Shown here in pieces: positions 60,240-64,000 of a stretch of DNA of 64,000 nt (position 1 is its first letter; the number at the start of each line of letters is the position of its first letter). The stretch is taken from positions 12,960-76,959 of the forward strand of contig DATEMS010000047.1 in the NCBI GenBank assembly GCA_035275465.1. Direction: 5' to 3'. The notes under the pieces were generated by a model. That model did no database searches, was not told the DNA's origin, and worked only from the letters and a program-made list of their open reading frames with translations. Origin of the DNA: Rhizomicrobium sp. (GTDB taxonomy: Bacteria > Pseudomonadota > Alphaproteobacteria > Micropepsales > Micropepsaceae). Position numbers and translations under genes: made by a program.

Positions 60240-60848
60240 ATGTCGAATGAATATAAAATCCCGGTCGCATCCGCTTCCCGGCGCAATTGCGGTGCTTGCA
60301 CGCTTTGCTGCAAATTGCTGGGGGTTCAGGAAATCCGCAAACCCGCAGGTATGATGTGCGAGCAATGCGATGAAGGCAGCGGTTGCCGCATCTATGACAG
60401 CCGGCCCAGGCAATGCCGGCTTTTCAATTGTTACTTCCTGACCAATCCCCGGCTGCGCGAACAATGGCGGCCGTCGAAATCGCGCATGGTGATAGTGGTG
60501 TCCCCGGACGGTTTGCGGCTGGGGGTATTTGTCGATCCTGCCCGGCCGGGCGCGTGGCGGCGCGAGCCTTTTTACGCCACGTTGAAGGCGTGGTCGCGCC
60601 AAGCCCTCGCCACGCCCGGGGTCATGGGTCAGGTGCTTGTCTCGGTCGGCAAGCACACGACTGTTATTTTGCCCGACCGCAATGTGGATGTCGGCATGGT
60701 GGAGGAGGACGAAGTGGTCATCACCGAGGCGATGCCGGGGTTAAAAAATCTGTCGTTTAACGCCTTCAAGCTCAAGCGCGACGATCCGCGCGCAATATCC
60801 ATACTCGGTTCCATCCAACAGAGATCGGATTCTGGGTATATTTTTTGA
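60240..60848 (+). CDS. YkgJ-family cysteine-cluster protein (second paralogue)
   Basis: NCGACTLCC...CEQCDEGSGCRIYDSRPRQCRLFNCYF...WRPSKS (9 Cys). Confidence 0.8.
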   Translation: MSNEYKIPVASASRRNCGACTLCCKLLGVQEIRKPAGMMCEQCDEGSGCRIYDSRPRQCRLFNCYFLTNPRLREQWRPSKSRMVIVVSPDGLRLGVFVDPARPGAWRREPFYATLKAWSRQALATPGVMGQVLVSVGKHTTVILPDRNVDVGMVEEDEVVITEAMPGLKNLSFNAFKLKRDDPRAISILGSIQQRSDSGYIF

Positions 60849-60861
60849 TAGGGAGGGCGAG

Positions 60862-61359
60862 GTGACCGATTGCGTCTATAACGTGCTTTTCCTTTGCACC
60901 GGAAATTCCGCGCGTTCGATTTTGGCGGAAGCAATCCTGAACAAAGTGGGAGAGGGAAAGTTTGCGGCCTACTCCGCCGGATCGCAGCCCAAAGGCGCGG
61001 TGCATCCTCAAGCCCTGGCGCTGTTGGAAAGACTGCATTTTCCCATCGCGGGCCTGAAGTCCAAAAGCTGGGAAGAGTTCGCGCGGGCCGATGCGCCGCA
61101 GTTGGATTTCGTTTTCACGGTTTGCGACAATGCGGCGAGTGAAGTGTGTCCGGTCTGGCCGGGCCAGCCGATGACGGCGCATTGGGGCGTGCCCGATCCC
61201 GCGGCGGTGGAAGGGACGGACGCGCAGATCGCCAAGGCTTTTCGGGAGGTATTTCTCACCTTGCAGCGGCGCATCGACATTTTCGCCAATTTGCCGATAC
61301 GGGGCCTCGATCGCATGGCGCTCCGCAAGCAGTTGGATGAGATCGGGAAAGGCGTCTAG
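60862..61359 (+). CDS. arsC: Arsenate reductase, LMW-PTP/thioredoxin type
   Basis: LFLCTGNSARS, SAGSQPKG, FTVCDNAA.EVCPVWPG, HWGVPDP. Confidence 0.9.
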   Translation: MTDCVYNVLFLCTGNSARSILAEAILNKVGEGKFAAYSAGSQPKGAVHPQALALLERLHFPIAGLKSKSWEEFARADAPQLDFVFTVCDNAASEVCPVWPGQPMTAHWGVPDPAAVEGTDAQIAKAFREVFLTLQRRIDIFANLPIRGLDRMALRKQLDEIGKGV

Positions 61360-61374
61360 CCAATGGTTTTAATA

Positions 61375-61388
61375 TTGATATTTATCAA
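61375..61388. promoter_or_regulatory. Perfect FNR/FixK-type box
   Basis: TTGAT-ATTT-ATCAA; arms extend to TATTGAT/ATCAATA. Confidence 0.6.
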
Positions 61389-61400
61389 TAGCTTATAAGG

Positions 61401-61442
61401 CCATTCCAAATTAATGACCAATGGGTTATTAATTTGGAATGG
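61401..61442. promoter_or_regulatory. 42-bp palindrome overlapping the TetR start codon (probable autoregulatory operator)
   Basis: CCATTCCAAATTAAT-N12-ATTAATTTGGAATGG with perfect 15-bp arms. Confidence 0.75.
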
Positions 61443-62056
61443 CCAAACGCTGGCAACGCCGCAAAGAAGCGCGCACCGCAGAGATTCTGGAAGCGGCGCT
61501 TGGCCAATTCGCGCAAAAGGGTTTTGCCGCCACCAAGCTGGATGACGTTGCCAAGAGCGCCGGCATCACCAAGGGCACCATCTATCTTTATTTCGACAGC
61601 AAGCAGGCTTTGTTCGAGGCCTTGGCGCAAGGGTCGATCGGCGCGCAGATGGATGCGGTGAAGGCGCAGTTGGAAAATTTTTCAGGGTCGAGCGCCGAAC
61701 TGCTCAAGCTGGTGCTCAACACCATGGGGCATTTCGCGCAAACCAGCGACCGGGTGGTGTTGCCGCGCATGGTCATGGCGGAAGCCGCCAACTTCCCCAA
61801 GCTGGCGCAATTCTGGCGGCGCGAGATCATCGCGCGCGGGCTTGGTATTTTTACCTTCATCATCCGGCGCGGGGTGGAGCGCGGCGAATTTCGCGCCGTG
61901 GATCCGGAGCATGCGGCGCGGCTGTGCGTAGCGCCGGTGCTGATGATTGTGTTGTGGCGCACCACCTTCGCGCGTTTCGATGAGACGCCTTACGACCATC
62001 AAGCCTTGATCGAAACCCATCTGGAAACCTTGCTGACGGGGTTGAAAGCGCCATGA
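61439..62056 (+). CDS. TetR/AcrR family regulator
   Basis: FAQKGFAATKLDDVAKSAGITKGTIYLYFDSKQALF. Confidence 0.93.
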   Translation: MAKRWQRRKEARTAEILEAALGQFAQKGFAATKLDDVAKSAGITKGTIYLYFDSKQALFEALAQGSIGAQMDAVKAQLENFSGSSAELLKLVLNTMGHFAQTSDRVVLPRMVMAEAANFPKLAQFWRREIIARGLGIFTFIIRRGVERGEFRAVDPEHAARLCVAPVLMIVLWRTTFARFDETPYDHQALIETHLETLLTGLKAP

Positions 62057-62874
62057 GAAAAACTGCTGTTCTGATTGCTCTTATGCTGGCCGCCTGCAAG
62101 CCCGCCGTCCAGGACGAGCCCTGGCTGGGTTATGGCGAGGGCGATGCCGCTTTCATCAGCGCGCCGCAATCAGGATGGGTTACCCAGATGAAGGTGGAGC
62201 GCGGTAGCCAAGTACAGCGTGGTGAGCTGTTGTTTGTGCTGGATTCCACCCGCGAGCAGGCGGGTACCGAGCAGGCGCGCGCGCAACTGGATCAGGCGCG
62301 CGCCAATTTGCGGCAGGAAATCGCCAATCGGGACTATGCCCGCATCACCCTGGATCGGCAGAACCGCTTGGCGCGTGACAATGCCGGCACGCCGACCCAG
62401 CGCGATCTGGCGCAGTCGAATTTCCGCCAATCCCAGGCGCGGGTGGGGGAACTCAGGGCCCAGATCGCGCAGATGCAAGCAAGTCTTTCCGGTGCCGCTT
62501 ATGGTCTGAGCCAAAGACAGGTGATCGCCCAAACCGAAGGGCGGGTGCAGGACATCTATTTCCGCGAGGGCGAGTATATTCCCGCTGCGACGCCGGCGAT
62601 CTCCATTCTGCCGCCCAAGAATGTGTTTGCGCGTTTCTTTGTGCCGGAGACCCAGCTGGCGCGGGTCCGGCTGGGTCAAAAGGTGCGCATCACCTGCGAT
62701 GGCTGCAAGTCGATGCAAGCCACCGTCACCTTCATCGCCGCGCGGGAGGAATTCACCCAGCCGGTGATTTTCAGTGTGGGCAATCGCGAAAAGCTGGTGT
62801 TCAAGGCGGAAGCGCGGTTGCCGCAAGGATTGCCCATCCATCCCGGCCAGCCGTTGGAAGTGCGCCCGTTATGA
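62053..62874 (+). CDS. HlyD-family membrane fusion protein (YbhG-like)
   Basis: GYGEGD, LLFVLD, EFTQPVIFS...REKLVF, PGQPLEV; ATGA overlap. Confidence 0.88.
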   Translation: MRKTAVLIALMLAACKPAVQDEPWLGYGEGDAAFISAPQSGWVTQMKVERGSQVQRGELLFVLDSTREQAGTEQARAQLDQARANLRQEIANRDYARITLDRQNRLARDNAGTPTQRDLAQSNFRQSQARVGELRAQIAQMQASLSGAAYGLSQRQVIAQTEGRVQDIYFREGEYIPAATPAISILPPKNVFARFFVPETQLARVRLGQKVRITCDGCKSMQATVTFIAAREEFTQPVIFSVGNREKLVFKAEARLPQGLPIHPGQPLEVRPL

Positions 62875-63794
62875 ACGGCGGAGGGATGAACGGTGAATTG
62901 GCGATTGACGTTAAAGGCCTAACCAAGCGCTTTGGCGGCAAAGTCGCGGTGGATCACATCGACATCGCGGTGCCCAAGGGCCAGGTGTGGGGCTTTCTGG
63001 GTCCCAATGGTTCGGGCAAGACCACCACCATCCGCATGTTGTGCGGTCTTCTGACGGCCGATGATGGCAGCGGCACGTGTCTGGGATTGGACATCCGCAC
63101 ACAGGCCGAGGCGATCAAGCGCCAGGTCGGCTATATGACCCAGCGTTTCAGTTTTTGGGAAGACCTGTCCATCCGCGAGAATCTGGAATTCGTGGCGCGG
63201 CTTTATCAGGTGGACGGCGCCCGCGTGGATCAGACTCTGGAACGGCTGGGCCTGGCGGAACGCCAGCATCAATTGGCGGCGCATTTGTCCGGCGGTTGGA
63301 AACAGCGCCTGGCGCTGGCGGCTTGCCTGCTGCACGACCCGAAATTGCTGTTGCTGGATGAACCCACCGCCGGGGTGGATCCCAAGGCACGGCGCGATTT
63401 CTGGGAGCAGATCCATGCCTTGAGCGATTTGGGGCTCACGGTGCTGGTTTCCACCCACTATATGGACGAGGCCGAGCGGTGCGACCGCATCGTTTACATT
63501 ATGAAAGGCAGGCTGGTCGCCACCGGCACCGTGGGCGAGGTGATCGCGCGCTCGCGGCTTTCCACCTTTGTGCTGGAAGGCAAAGATGTGCGCGCCTTGG
63601 AAAGCGAAGTGCAGGACAGGCCAGGCGTGGACTATGCGGGGTTTTTCGGCGCGGCATTGCATGTGAGCGGGCGCGACCGCGAGGCCTTGGCCAAGGCGGT
63701 GGCGCCCTATCATGGCCGCCCCGGCATTGCCGTGCATGAGGCCGCGCCCAGCTTGGAGGACGTCTTCATCCAGCTTCAGGAGAAGGCGGGATGA
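62871..63794 (+). CDS. ABC-2 exporter ATP-binding subunit (YbhF-like)
   Basis: GPNGSGKTT, LSGGWKQR, LDEPTAGVDP, STHYMDEAE. Confidence 0.95.
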   Translation: MNGGGMNGELAIDVKGLTKRFGGKVAVDHIDIAVPKGQVWGFLGPNGSGKTTTIRMLCGLLTADDGSGTCLGLDIRTQAEAIKRQVGYMTQRFSFWEDLSIRENLEFVARLYQVDGARVDQTLERLGLAERQHQLAAHLSGGWKQRLALAACLLHDPKLLLLDEPTAGVDPKARRDFWEQIHALSDLGLTVLVSTHYMDEAERCDRIVYIMKGRLVATGTVGEVIARSRLSTFVLEGKDVRALESEVQDRPGVDYAGFFGAALHVSGRDREALAKAVAPYHGRPGIAVHEAAPSLEDVFIQLQEKAG

Positions 63795-64000
63795 CGCATT
63801 TTTTGCATCGTCGTTTTTCTTTGGCGCGGGTATGGGCCATTCTGGTCAAAGAAGTGCTGCAGATCCGGCGGGACCGGCTGACCCTGGCCATGATCATCGG
63901 CGTGCCCTTGATGCAACTGACCCTGTTCGGCTTCGCCATCAACTTCAATCCCAAGGCGCTGCCCACCGCGGTCGCCATCGCCGATCCGGGCACATTTTCA
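63791..64000 (+). CDS. ABC-2 exporter permease (YbhS/R-like), truncated by window edge
   Basis: KEVLQIRRDRLTLAMIIGVPLMQLTLFGFAIN; ATGA overlap. Confidence 0.9.
   Translation, partial: MTHFLHRRFSLARVWAILVKEVLQIRRDRLTLAMIIGVPLMQLTLFGFAINFNPKALPTAVAIADPGTFS

Overview
A GC-rich alphaproteobacterial chromosomal segment; gene order and repeat types resemble Caulobacterales/Rhizobiales/Micropepsales, but the taxon is an inference. It opens with the 3' end of nrdA and nrdB. A conserved housekeeping backbone follows: trpE-ppiD / tpiA-secG-pyrG-kdsA-eno-ftsB-pdhABC-lpdA. Then come a plastic copper/oxidase-assembly region (SCO, PaiB-like, CtaG-like, PCuAC plus a duplicated PCuAC 3' remnant), msrA and a thiO-like oxidase. 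A c-di-GMP/cell-cycle-type cluster contains a lytic transglycosylase, an Hpt protein, a Cle-type CheY-like protein, DUF2336 with a perfect CtrA box, and a PilZ protein. Further on are glpK, envelope genes (YihY, AsmA, M16 protease, LemA-TPM), two ABC exporters and a split arsenic-resistance locus. No rRNA, tRNA, CRISPR array, transposase or integrase was recognised. The most notable unexplained signals are: (1) a protein joining a TetR-type HTH, a transmembrane helix and Sel1 repeats; (2) twin covarying long hairpins with 22-nt loops between yihY and asmA; (3) a palindromic repeat translated in frame inside pdhB; (4) two Cys-rich YkgJ-family paralogues, each next to a thiol/metalloid detoxification enzyme (persulfide dioxygenase-rhodanese; arsenate reductase); (5) a Cle/Hpt cassette with no kinase, plus a pseudo-receiver paralogue; (6) a P19/Tp34-fold protein lacking most metal ligands; (7) an FNR/FixK-boxed Met-rich secreted protein plus DUF5676-like gene pair. 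All calls come from motif reading only; no searches were run.
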